From Eremomyces bilateralis CBS 781.70 (lineage: Eukaryota), in NCBI GenBank assembly GCA_010015585.1, contig ML975187.1: a stretch of 64,000 nt of DNA; one strand, 5' to 3'. This document shows, one piece after another, positions 27,752-38,510 of this stretch. The stretch's first letter is position 1. Each line of letters opens with the position of its first letter. The translations under genes and the position numbers were made by a program. The notes below the pieces were generated by a model. It worked only from the letters and a program-made list of their open reading frames with translations. It ran no database searches and was not told the origin of the DNA.

Positions 27752-29563
27752 AGTTCGAACCCCTGCCTGTTGGCCAACCACCTACTTGGCCAGTATCACC
27801 ATCTTCACCACCATCACCAAACGCGTAATATCTCAACCACCATATCGTATTACGATGTCAAATTCAGAGGAGATACTCCTACAGGCTATCCATGCCGTAG
27901 AGACCGGTCAATGCAAATCACAAAATGAAGCTGCGGCCCTATTCAAGGTCAATCGAGCTACGCTTCAAAACCGCCTCAAGGGCATGCAATCGCGCTCTAC
28001 AGCTCAACAATCGAACCAACGCCTTACACCGGTGCAAGAGAGGTTTTTAGTCGACTGGATACTTGAGAGTGACGCTCAAGGATTCCCCCCTACCCACGCA
28101 CGTCTGCGTGAAATGGCCGCGCGAGTTCTAGAGCTTCAGGGTGATTCTACACCCCTTGGGAAGAATTGGATACCACGATTTCTACATCGAAATCCACGCG
28201 TTGCGACGTGTGTTGGGCATAGTCTAGATGTCGTACGACGTCAGGCTGCAACCCAGGATACAATCAATGGGTTTTACGCGTATTTTCACCAAGTTCAGAC
28301 ACAGTACGATGTCCACCCTTCCGATACATGGAATATGGATGAAGTCGGTGTTGGAATGGGAATATGTGCTAATTCTACTGTCATCGCAGACTCGCAGAAG
28401 TCGACAGCTTATATCACGAGTCCTGAGAACCGGGAATGGTGTTCTATCATAGAATCAGTCTCTGCGACCGGTCGCTATATCAAACCAACCATTATCCAGA
28501 AAGGCGCGTCCCTACAAGCTGCTTGGTTCCCTGAACAACCTCCAGACTTCCATTATGCGGTATCACCAAACGGCTGGACTTCAGATCAACACGCGTTGGT
28601 GTGGCTTCGTACAGTTTTCCTCCCTGAAACCGCTACAGAGCGACGGTACAGGATCCTACTCATGGACGGGCACGGAAGCCACGCAACCGTCGATTTCCTA
28701 TACGAATGCAGGATAAATGACGTGATTGTGGTCTTCCTACCTGCGCATACCTCCCACATCCTTCAGCCTCTCGATCTCGCCTGTTTTTCACCTCTGAAAC
28801 GCTTCTACAAGGCCCTCCTCCGCCAAAGCGCGTATATCGACGAGGCGCTACCGATTAAACGACGAAGATTCATTGTCCTCTATGCTGAGGCGCGTCGGGC
28901 ACGCCTAATTGACCGTACAATCAGATCAGGGTGGAAGGCTGCAGGTCTTATACCGTGGGACCCGTCAAAAGGTCTCAATAACCGGTTCGTGGTACCGCCC
29001 ACGCATACCGAAACCGCATCCTCAATTCCACGACCAAACACGCCTCCACGCACCCCAATACTAGTCGCCTCGGTCCTCCAGACGACGCCCTACAAGCCCA
29101 AACAAATACAAAGTGCATTGCGCGTTCTTAGCAAGAACACACGCGTGACGAAGTGGACGAAGGCCTACATAGGGAAGGCAGCCAAGGCAATCGGAGTGCT
29201 ACAGGCGCGTCAGGCTGCATCAGATCTGAAAATTGCGAGTCTCCAGGCCCGTCTAGATGCCGCCTCAGCCCCAAAACGCAAGAAGAAGGTTCGGATAGAT
29301 CCCAATGTTAAGTTCGCACAGATTAAAGAGATCAAAGTAGCGCAAGAGGCTGTACGGCTTCTGGAGGCAAATACTATACTAGAACAGAGTATTCCCGTGG
29401 CTGAAACTATACCAGACGCTCCCCAAGATGCTGTACAATAGTCCTATGGTTTGAATTTTCAATATAATTACGTGGTGGTAGAGATGTCACGGTTTTCATG
29501 ATGGTGGCTAAGATGGTGATACTGGCCAAGTAGGTGGTTGGCCAACAGGCAGGGGTTCGAACT
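27752..29563 (+). mobile_element. Intact Fot1/pogo-like (Tc1/mariner superfamily) DNA transposon, 1812 bp
   Basis: Perfect 54-bp TIRs (27752-27805 and 29510-29563, AGTTCGAACCCCTGCC...); TA on both sides (27750-51, 29564-65). Confidence 0.97.
27855..29441 (+). CDS. Fot1/pogo-type transposase (HTH + CENP-B HTH + DDE_1), 528 aa
   Basis: Uninterrupted ORF; WNMDEVG, LLMDGHGSH, HILQPLDLACF with DD35D spacing; LGKNWIPRFLHRNP. Confidence 0.95.
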   Translation: MSNSEEILLQAIHAVETGQCKSQNEAAALFKVNRATLQNRLKGMQSRSTAQQSNQRLTPVQERFLVDWILESDAQGFPPTHARLREMAARVLELQGDSTPLGKNWIPRFLHRNPRVATCVGHSLDVVRRQAATQDTINGFYAYFHQVQTQYDVHPSDTWNMDEVGVGMGICANSTVIADSQKSTAYITSPENREWCSIIESVSATGRYIKPTIIQKGASLQAAWFPEQPPDFHYAVSPNGWTSDQHALVWLRTVFLPETATERRYRILLMDGHGSHATVDFLYECRINDVIVVFLPAHTSHILQPLDLACFSPLKRFYKALLRQSAYIDEALPIKRRRFIVLYAEARRARLIDRTIRSGWKAAGLIPWDPSKGLNNRFVVPPTHTETASSIPRPNTPPRTPILVASVLQTTPYKPKQIQSALRVLSKNTRVTKWTKAYIGKAAKAIGVLQARQAASDLKIASLQARLDAASAPKRKKKVRIDPNVKFAQIKEIKVAQEAVRLLEANTILEQSIPVAETIPDAPQDAVQ

Positions 29564-29982
29564 TAGCAAACCATGCCGATTCTCCGATCTCGCTGGTTGC
29601 TTGAATTGAACAAAGAATCGGCCTCTGAATAGAAGGCACGTGATATCAATTCCAATCTTTCTGTTTCAGATGATCGTCTTATCATCCACATTCCCTCACG
29701 ATAATCATTGCGATCGAAATAATTGATAATACACTACTGTGAAGTCCTTCAGAATTCCATTGTAGTGAAAGATCTTTGGAGCTCCGGTTCTGGTTAGCGC
29801 CATCGATTGAACCCTTCCCCCTCGCAAATCGCCGCCATTCGGCGTTTTGATTCCGTATTGGTAGTACTGCTGCAGACCGCTGCCCACCAAACCACCCAAC
29901 CAACAGTCATCCATCAAAAATTCATCTTCGCCCCTCGATAACACTTCCACCTCTTCCACCTCCTTCGACTTTTTCATACTTT

Positions 29983-29988
29983 TGACTC
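29983..29988 (+). promoter_or_regulatory. TGACTC Gcn4/CPC-1-type cross-pathway control element upstream of CPA1
   Basis: TGACTC about 55 nt upstream of the uORF ATG; further copies at 27643 and 30650 (TGACTCA). A short motif, supported only by gene context. Confidence 0.4.
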
Positions 29989-30042
29989 TCCATCTTATCT
30001 CAACCCGGTCAAACTGGCCATTAGATTCCAATAGTTGCGCTT

Positions 30043-30355
30043 ATGCGTGTCTCTCCGTCCGTCTTCACTTCTCAGGTATGATACGATCCGTTCCCTAAAT
30101 TTCCCGCTGGATGAGTCTCTTATCTACGCTCTATGATCCTGACCCATCCACTTTCAACATCGCCTCAACCTTTCAAATTTTTGCCATTGACAACCCCTTT
30201 GCATCGACTATGGAGTAATAGAAGGCTAATTGAGTTTCTGTTATAGGATTACATCTCGGGTAAGACTTCAATCCGACTCATTACCGCCCCGATGGCACTG
30301 GAGTGGTGATACTGATAAGGTTCTAGATCACCTGTGGAAGGCTTCAAATAACTAA
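30043..30355 (+). CDS. AAP: Arginine attenuator peptide uORF, 24 aa MRVSPSVFTSQDYISDHLWKASNN (3 exons)
   Basis: Exons 30043-30075, 30247-30259, 30327-30355 with canonical GT-AG introns. Matches the Neurospora arg-2 AAP core PSVFTSQDYLSDHLW and ends 69 nt before the CPA1 ATG. Confidence 0.95.
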
Positions 30356-30424
30356 AAGACGATATATCCTTCGTTGAACAAACCTATACCCACACACAAC
30401 ACCCTCATTATCATTATCGACATC

Positions 30425-31897
30425 ATGATTTCGAATATCATGAAGCCTTCCACGGTGCGACCCGTCATGGCCGCTGGTGCCCGAGCATTCCGTATGCCAG
30501 CCCCAGTCCGATTCATGGCCACGGTCCAGGGCAACACGGAGCGAAAGATGCCAGCAGTGAGGCCGAAAGGCACGCCGGCATCGTTTGAACGAGCGACCTT
30601 CACCATTAGGGTATGTATACATCCCCAAACGGTGAGTAAAACAGACCGGTGACTCACCGCCTTTTAGGATGGGCCGATCTTCGACGGCAAGTCGTTCGGT
30701 GCGAAGGCCAACATCTCCGGTGAAGCGGTGTTCACCACCTCGCTCGTGGGATACCCCGAATCGATGTCCGATCCTTCATACCGTGGACAGATCCTCGTGT
30801 TCACCCAGCCGCTGATCGGGAACTACGGCGTCCCCTCATCGGTTCGCGATGAGTATGGCCTGCTCCGTCACTTCGAGTCGCCTAACATTCAAGCCGCCGG
30901 CGTGGTGGTCGCGGACGTGGCGCTGAAGCATAGCCATTGGACGGCGGTAGAGGGACTCAGCGAGTGGTGTGCGCGCGAAGGCGTCCCCGCCATTTCCGGC
31001 GTGGACACCCGCGCCATTGTCACGTACCTCCGCGAGCAGGGGTCCTCCCTCGCCCGCATCACCATTGGAGAGGAGTACGACGCCGACGAGGACGAGGCCT
31101 TCATCGACCCGGAAGCCATCAACCTCGTCCGCCGCGTCAGCACCAAGGCGCCCTTCCACGTCAGCGCCCCCAGTGGCGACCTACATGTCGCGCTGCTCGA
31201 CTGCGGCGTCAAGGAGAACATCCTCCGCAGCCTCGTCAGCCGCGGCGCTAGCGTTACCTGTTTCCCCTACGACTATCCGATCCACAAGGTCGCCCACCAC
31301 TTCGACGGCGTCTTCATCTCCAACGGCCCCGGCGATCCCACCCACTGCCAGGAAACCGTCTACCATCTCCGCAAGCTCATGGACTCTTCCCAGATCCCCA
31401 TCATGGGCATCTGCATGGGCCACCAGCTCCTCGCCCTCGCCGCTGGCGGCAAGACCATCAAGCTGAAATACGGCAACCGCGCCCACAACATCCCCGCCCT
31501 CGACCTCACCACCGGCCGCTGCCACATCACCTCGCAGAACCACGGCTACGCCGTCGACATGACCACCCTCCCAGCCGAGTGGAAGGAGTACTTCGTCAAC
31601 CTCAACGACTCGAGCAACGAGGGGCTCATCCACACCTCGCGACCCATCTTCTCCGCGCAATTCCACCCCGAGGCGAAGGGTGGCCCGCTCGACTCCGCAT
31701 ATCTGTTCGATCAGTACGTCGAGAACGTGCGGAAATATAAGGATGGTCAGGCGGTGTTCACACCGTTGCGGGATAGTCGGCCCAGTCCGTTGTTGGTGGA
31801 TTTGTTGGCGAAGGAGCGCGTGGGCGTGCATCCGAGTTTGCCGGATGTGAAGGAGCAGGTGGTAGAGGAGGCACCGGCGGTCACGGCGACGGCGTGA
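30425..31897 (+). CDS. CPA1: Carbamoyl-phosphate synthase, arginine-specific small (glutaminase) subunit
   Basis: Mitochondrial presequence exon 30425-30610, intron 30611-30667; [47 protein letters not shown]. Confidence 0.97.
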
Positions 31898-32081
31898 GGG
31901 ATGTTATCAGGTTGGGACGATCATTGGAGGCGTATAACGAGATAGTAGGCGTTTTGAGCTTTAAACTCGCTAGCGGATTTAGTGAATTGATTCTTTTGGA
32001 TTACATGGTTCTGCTGCCTTTTTGTGACTGGTCTGTAGCCCGTATTCATATCCGTGAACCAAACAATCCAAATCCCCCCAT

Positions 32082-33067
32082 CTACTCCCCCTCCCCATCC
32101 CCCAACACCACCATCACGTACTTCACCCACCACTCCCCTCTCCCCCTCCACTCCTCCCGTCCCCAAACCCACCCCCTCCCCACCGCCTCCCGCAACCCCA
32201 CCGCCTCTCTCTCCCACCCCCTCCTCTCATCCTCCCGAAAGAAATAATACCCCACCAATCCGCTCCCCTCCACCTGCGCATACCCCACCCGCTCCCACGT
32301 CTCTGCATCCACCGTTCCGCAGACGTCGCAGGTGGCGGCGCAGGAGCAACGGTACCGTGCGTGAGTGGAGGCGGACCAGCGTATGAAGCCGCAGTGGAGG
32401 CAGAGGGGGCGGGAGGTGAGGAGCCAGCGGGGGGTGAGGTTGGGGTCGGTGGACGAGTTGCTCGACGCTATGTCCGAGCATGCGGGGTCAGCGTCCGAGG
32501 TCGCCATCTCGTTGTCCGCAGCTATCTCCCCTTCCCGCTCACCGAACGCCAGGTTCGCGTCGTTCGGCGCGGCGGAGAGGACGGTCCGCGGCGATTGGGT
32601 GGTGAAGCGGGCGCGGTGGCGGGGGCAGACGGAGTGTGGCGGGGTGGGGAGGATATCACCGGGGCCGGCGAGCAGGTCTTTTGGGGCGCGGGGAAGGTGG
32701 GTGTCGNNNNNNNNNNNNNNNNNNNNNNNNNNNNNNNNNNNNNNNNNNNNNNNNNNNNNNNNNNNNNNNNNNNNNNNNNNNNNNNNNNNNNNNNNNNNNN
32801 NNNNNNNNNNNNNNNNNNNNNNNNNNNNNNNNNNNNGAGGGCGTTGCAGAGGTAGCAGTAGTGAGATTGGGGGGTGGAGAGGAGGGTTTTGGAGAGCCAT
32901 TTGTGGTCGCAGGGAGGGAGGATGGTGGGGGGTGGGATGCGGGTATGGAGGGAGGTGGAGGTGAGGCGGAGGGAGACGCGGTGGCAGGGGCGGAGGTAGG
33001 AAACTATTTCGTGGAGAAGCTCGTTTGGGAGGGCCGTCAGATGGGCCGGTTGACGCGATGTGTCCAT
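32082..33067 (-). CDS. F-box protein with Cys-rich C-terminal region, interrupted by an assembly gap
   Basis: MDTSRQPAHLTALPNELLHEIVSYL...VSLRLTSTSL (F-box) and CYLC before the gap; CLHC...CSC...CDVC after it. The frame across the gap is unknown. Confidence 0.7.
32707..32836. other. Assembly gap (about 130 N)
   Basis: Run of N. Confidence 0.98.
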
Positions 33068-35093
33068 AGTAACACTCGCCTGCTGGTTACACCACCCCAA
33101 CCGTCCCTCAAGCGCTGATTCGAAGGTTAGAGAGACTGGTATCGTTAATCCATCTGGTCCGCGTAAGGGAAGATATAGGCGCCGGAGGAGATGGCTTATA
33201 AGCCTCTCTACACACTGCTTCATCGTCGCGGAGGGGTGACTGTCCGTCGTGGAAGATACCGACCCATGGAGCATGGTGAGGAGTTTTATGAGACGCCTGT
33301 GATCCAGGGGAAGTACTGCAGTCAGTTTAACAGCCATCTTCTATCCACGTGTCTGGGATTATTGTATGGCAGACTCACGGCATGTTGGCATATCCACTGT
33401 CAGAAAGTTTACTGGTCGTACGTGCCATGACTCCGTCAGGAGTGATTTCACTATACGCTGTCCTTTCTATGTTCTGCAGCATCGGATCCATCGTGGACGA
33501 ACGGATAGTCTTATAGATCAGTCTCCACGCTAACAGTCTATTGAGATATCGACAATAACGATGCTGTAGTGTTCAAGAGCCAGATCTCAGGAGATATGAT
33601 AGTGTTTTCACGACTTCGTCTTGCCCAACCTATTGACAGTCCGGATTGTTTGGCGCCGTTCGAGCCTGTGTAACAATAGTCATGCGTAAAAGAAGCAGCA
33701 TCATCTGTTGGCAAAAGGACTTGAGTGCAAGAATCAGAAGAAAGGGGCACTACCGAAAAATCAAGGACATCAACACGCAGACCAAAACAGCATGCAAGGA
33801 GTGAAGCAGAATGAAACGGGTGAAATTAGAAGCAAAGCCATCATTTCCAGCCAGGACATCTTGGAAGGAAAGCAGGGATATCCGATCCTTATCACCTTCA
33901 GTTTGCCTTGTCTCCCATGCTTGTATCACCCACTGAGACCTGACATCATTTCCGCTCTGTTCCCAGGGGGGGGAATACGGTTCCAGCCGTGCCGCAGAAA
34001 TAAGAAGGGATACACATGACCTTCTGAATCTGATCAACCACATTGTATTCGGTCTCTGTCGAAGGTTGGAGGGTGCAGACAGTCCTCTGACGCGCTGACT
34101 GGTGTCACGGAAAGCGGATGACCACAGGTGGCTCACACGACGACGGAAACACTAGTTGGTCTGCTCTTTCGCGTGACGCTCTGAATCAGTTCTGGTAGGG
34201 GCCCATTCTGATATCATCTTATTATATATTATGTGACCTTCATAGTAGATGACAGAAGTAGGTCATATCAGAATGGAACATTGTACTGGATGGTGGATGC
34301 AGGTTGATGTGTGAACTGTGAAGTTGTGATGAGGTGTAGTAGAGTGGAACAGCCAAACGCTAGTAATAACTAATGGAAATTAATCGCCCAATTTAACCTA
34401 AGTTAGCACATGATTTCCCCAGAGCAGCCTCGCGATGTGTTCGCAACGCATTTTAAGGCCTTGCACTCCTTGCTGACCTTTCAAGACCTCGAAGCATATT
34501 AAAAGTTGAAGTAGAGGTTCACTTGCAGTATATTCAGATCATGCGACTTCTTGTACCAAAATTCCTGATCGATGCCACCCATGACCTGTAGCTGAAACTC
34601 CCAATAATCTCACTCTATGAATACACATTGATTATACCAACGGCGCTGATGAACAGTACTGGCAAACTCCGAGAGCGCTATCTCGGCTACTTTGCCTTCC
34701 TCTGCTACAGTTTTCGCAATGGCCTCGTTTAACTTAAGCCACAGGCCCACGATATTCTCCGCAGCTCACGGAGACTCTAAGGCGCTTTCAAGAGGACACA
34801 GAGCAACTTAAAGCGGAGAGAACACGGCGTTATAGCGACTCTCCTCCTTCCTACCAGACATCTGGCACCACCACGTAACCTGATACTCCCGGGGCAAGTG
34901 AAGAAGCGAATGAGATGACCAGGTACTACGATCGAATATTTGACCGCCGACGTTCGAAACCCGTCGCACAGTTCGAAAGCCAAGTCCGTAGGGAGAGAAC
35001 GAATATTATATCAAGGGCAAGAGGAAAGACTCGGGCGGAGGCAGACGCTACGTTTTGACCAATCTTCTGATTACCGAGCAAATTCCGAGAATA

Positions 35094-36240
35094 ATGTCAG
35101 GGCTCGCTGGATTGAACGACGGATCTGGAGAAGAGAATGGGCCTGCATGGCCTCGTGATTCCCGCTCTTCAACGAATACATGGAGCTCGTCTTCAATATC
35201 GAGAAGTTTCAGAGGGCCACGAATCGCCGATGGAACAGAATACACCGCCTACTGGGTTCATGAGCAGAGTGCGATGGAACCCGTTCGACCGCATACAGAT
35301 AATAGGACCGGCACAGACCGCTCCCAAACTAACGCAGAATATGCAACAGAAGAGATATTGAAATTACGAGCGGTTTCAGACAGTCTTGCAGCGGAAATCC
35401 TACGATATTCTGCGTCCGAATAAGATGTGGAAGAGGAAGAAGAAATACAACCTAGTCGGGATGCATCAATCATTGGAATGGGTCGGGTCCTCAGTCGCAA
35501 AAAGCGTCGAAGGCGGGAGAGAGAATCTAAAATTATCGAAAAGCAACAAGCGTTGCTGAGGGATCATGATGCGCTTCTTACCATCAAGAGTCATGCTGAT
35601 CTATTCTCAACGTTGAAGCTGGATATTGCAGCCTCGCGGCCCCGAAACCAATTTCTTTTCCAGTTGTCTAAAGAGCGAGAATGGATTCAAGACGAGTTCG
35701 ACTACAGTGGAAAACTCGACATCGATGTTGATGAAGTGGCATATGAGAGCGTCAAAGCACAACGGGTGGAAGACAAAATTTGGAATCCGAAGTGAGGACG
35801 GCTACCCGGCGAGACCTGGATTCATGAGGATAAGGACGTGAGTGGACCTTTAACGCCCGAAGCAGTGGAAATGATAAGGGTTCAGAATCAGCGGCTGGAA
35901 GCCCTGCAGGAGGCAAGGCAAAAGCTGGTCGCTACGATGTCTCCGTCCTCAGCAGGGAAGACGGCAAGTCATATCCCTCGGCAGACGAAAGCCGTGCAGG
36001 CTGCTGGGCAAAGGGAGGCACCATGAAGTCTTTGCCTACCACCGGTAGAGCTACCCTTCAGAACGACACGACCGACACAAGTTAATACCTTAAACGAAAA
36101 CGCGACCAGCAAGAACCATACCGTGCCTCCTTTGTGCGGGAAGAGTCGACCGCCAGACTAATTGAAGCGAATCCCTGGTCGGGTCAAGCCAGATACCGCA
36201 GGACCTGGGGAGATTCACCAAACGGTGGGTCTAGTTAAGC
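35094..36240 (+). pseudogene. Probable pseudogene of an unknown protein
   Basis: ORFs 35055-35423, 35427-35795 and 35838-36026 share one frame and are separated by single TAA/TGA codons; acidic, basic (RKKRRRRERE) and coiled-coil-like segments. Confidence 0.45.
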
Positions 36241-36484
36241 TAGCAACACTTGATTGGATTTTCTAGACTGGACACAGCGTTTGGATATTGATAGATGGGA
36301 TGAGACATGTCTAATGAACTAATGTAGGCCCCTTCAGATCTCTTGCTATGTCTCCTGGTTAATAACATGTGAAATATTCCTGAATTGCCTATGATTTCTA
36401 AGGTAGGATAAACAAAAACTATCTTTATCATTGTAAGTTATGTATCTAAGTCATAAAAATTTGTTATGATACACACTTCACTGT

Positions 36485-36719
36485 TGTCACGGTCCTACGA
36501 TGAGTGGTGGCCCCTATGAAGATCAGATCAGGAGTTTTGACCACGTGATGAGAGGTCACGTGGTGGTGGTTTCTGTGGAGTGTTGCATTTCACCCACCAC
36601 GGATACGTCTAACTCAGTCCTCCTACCTTTCCTTTTTTCTTTCTCCCTTCTTTAGCTTAATTCTAGCGAATAAACCTATTCAAACTGCTCACTGAGTGAC
36701 CCTAGGTGTCATCATCACA
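36485..36719 (+). mobile_element. Possible solo-LTR remnant
   Basis: TGTCACGG...ATCACA ends, internal pyrimidine tract followed by AATAAA near the 3' end. No matching TSD found. Confidence 0.3.
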
Positions 36720-37237
36720 GGTTCAGTAATTAGTTGGGATGTCGGACATGATACTTAAGACCGAAGTTGATTTCATCATATTTCGTAATGGGAGCAAATG
36801 AGAATTGCGGCGCGTTGCGGCGCGTTCCGTGCGCCCACCATGAGCCCAGCTGGGTCAGAAATGTGTGAACGTGTCGCGATCTAGGGGACGATCCTAGGAC
36901 CTAGAGTTGTAGTAGATTAATAGACTTGATTCGATGAATGGTGCAGTCATGAATGGCGCAACGGGGTGAGTGGCATACGTGATCGTCTGGGATCGTCTGT
37001 CAAGACTGAGCTTGTCCACTGCGATATCTGACACCAGCAACGATCGATAGATAACAAATGGTTAATTGTAAAGTTGCGTGATCTGTATGGTATATTCGAT
37101 AATACGCGGGGAGTTTTGAAAATGTGCCGAATATCCGCCAGGATATATAAAATCAGGACTCAACGGCACTGGAAAGGAAGGTAGAAACACTCAGATTACA
37201 ATTTGAACTCATTCAACAACGGAATATTTTAGCAAAT

Positions 37238-38510
37238 ATGGCACCCTCAGCAATTGTGGCTCCCGCAGTGACGGAACAGGATGTTCCAATCGCTACCAAA
37301 GGCAGACCGCTGCCGTTGGAATCGTCCGGTCTCCTTGATCAATTCGAGCAATTTGATGTAACTCCAGTCATCGGCACGGAATTCTCAAGTGCCAAACTGG
37401 TCGAGTGGATTAATGCTCCAAATGCAGATGAACTCTTGAAGGAGTTGGCCATCAAAAGAAAGACCCCCTTACCGATATAGGCGTGCTCTAGACTAACGCA
37501 CTCGCAGTATCCCAGCGCGGTGTCGTTTTCTTCCGTGCCCAAGACGACCTTACGAACGATATTCAGAAGGCATTGGTTCAGCGACTCGGCGAACTGACGG
37601 GAAAGCCAAAAACCTCGGGCCTGCACATTCACCCGTTGGTAAACTCTAGCCGGGAGTTTGGAGGATCCGATCTGGAGATCGGCACAATCAGCTCTGTCAA
37701 GCTCAAGAAGCTTTATGGCAGCGCTGAAGGTAAAGAACCTCCTGCAAAGACGCTGGGCGCTGGACTGTGGCATTCGGATATCGCCTTCGAGCCGGTCCCC
37801 GCTGATTATTCCTCGCTTCGACTTGTTGAACTACCCAAGACCGGGGGAGGTAGGTAGAACCTACGACGGTAGATCGTCGCTAGTAGCGCTAACAGCCACT
37901 ATTAGACACCCTCTGGGCATCCGGATATGAGCTCTATGACCGTATCAGTGAACCATACCAGAAGTTCCTTGAGGGTCTCACGGGGACCTTCGCTCAACCG
38001 GGATTTAGCGCCACTGCAGCTCGCGCCGGCTTCGAGCTCTATGACAAGACCCGCGGTGCACCTGAAAACGTTGGTAGCGCGATGAAAGCAGTGCATCCCA
38101 TTGTGAGGACCAACCCTGTGACAGGTTGGAAGAGTCTTTTCTCCGTTGGTGGCCATATCCAGCATATCAATGGACTGACGGAAGAAGAGTCTAAGTCCCT
38201 CCTGAGCTGGTTCTTAGATTTGATATACAAGAACCACGACCTGCAGGTCCGCCTCAAATGGAAGAACCCGAACGACATCGGTAAGCATCCCGTCGTCCCA
38301 AGGAAGTTGAGGCTCAGAGCTGATATATGACTAGCGATCTGGGACAACAGAAGCACCTTCCACAGCGCAACCTTCGATTATGACGGCCAGGGTGAGCGCC
38401 TCGGGAACCGAGCGGTAGGATTGGCTGAGCGACCGTATTTTGATCCTAATAGCAAGTCACGCAGGGAAGCTCTGCGTGAGCATGCTCCTGGTGAGAAGAT
38501 TCGTGTATGA
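37238..38510 (+). CDS. TauD/TfdA-family Fe(II)/2-oxoglutarate sulfonate dioxygenase (Jlp1-like), 4 exons
   Basis: DVTPVIGTEF, SQRGVVFFRAQ, WHSDIAFE (HxD), TGG|DTLWAS, HPIVRTNPVTGWKS, IWDNRSTFHSA; TATATAAA at about 37144. The first intron has a GA donor. Confidence 0.9.
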
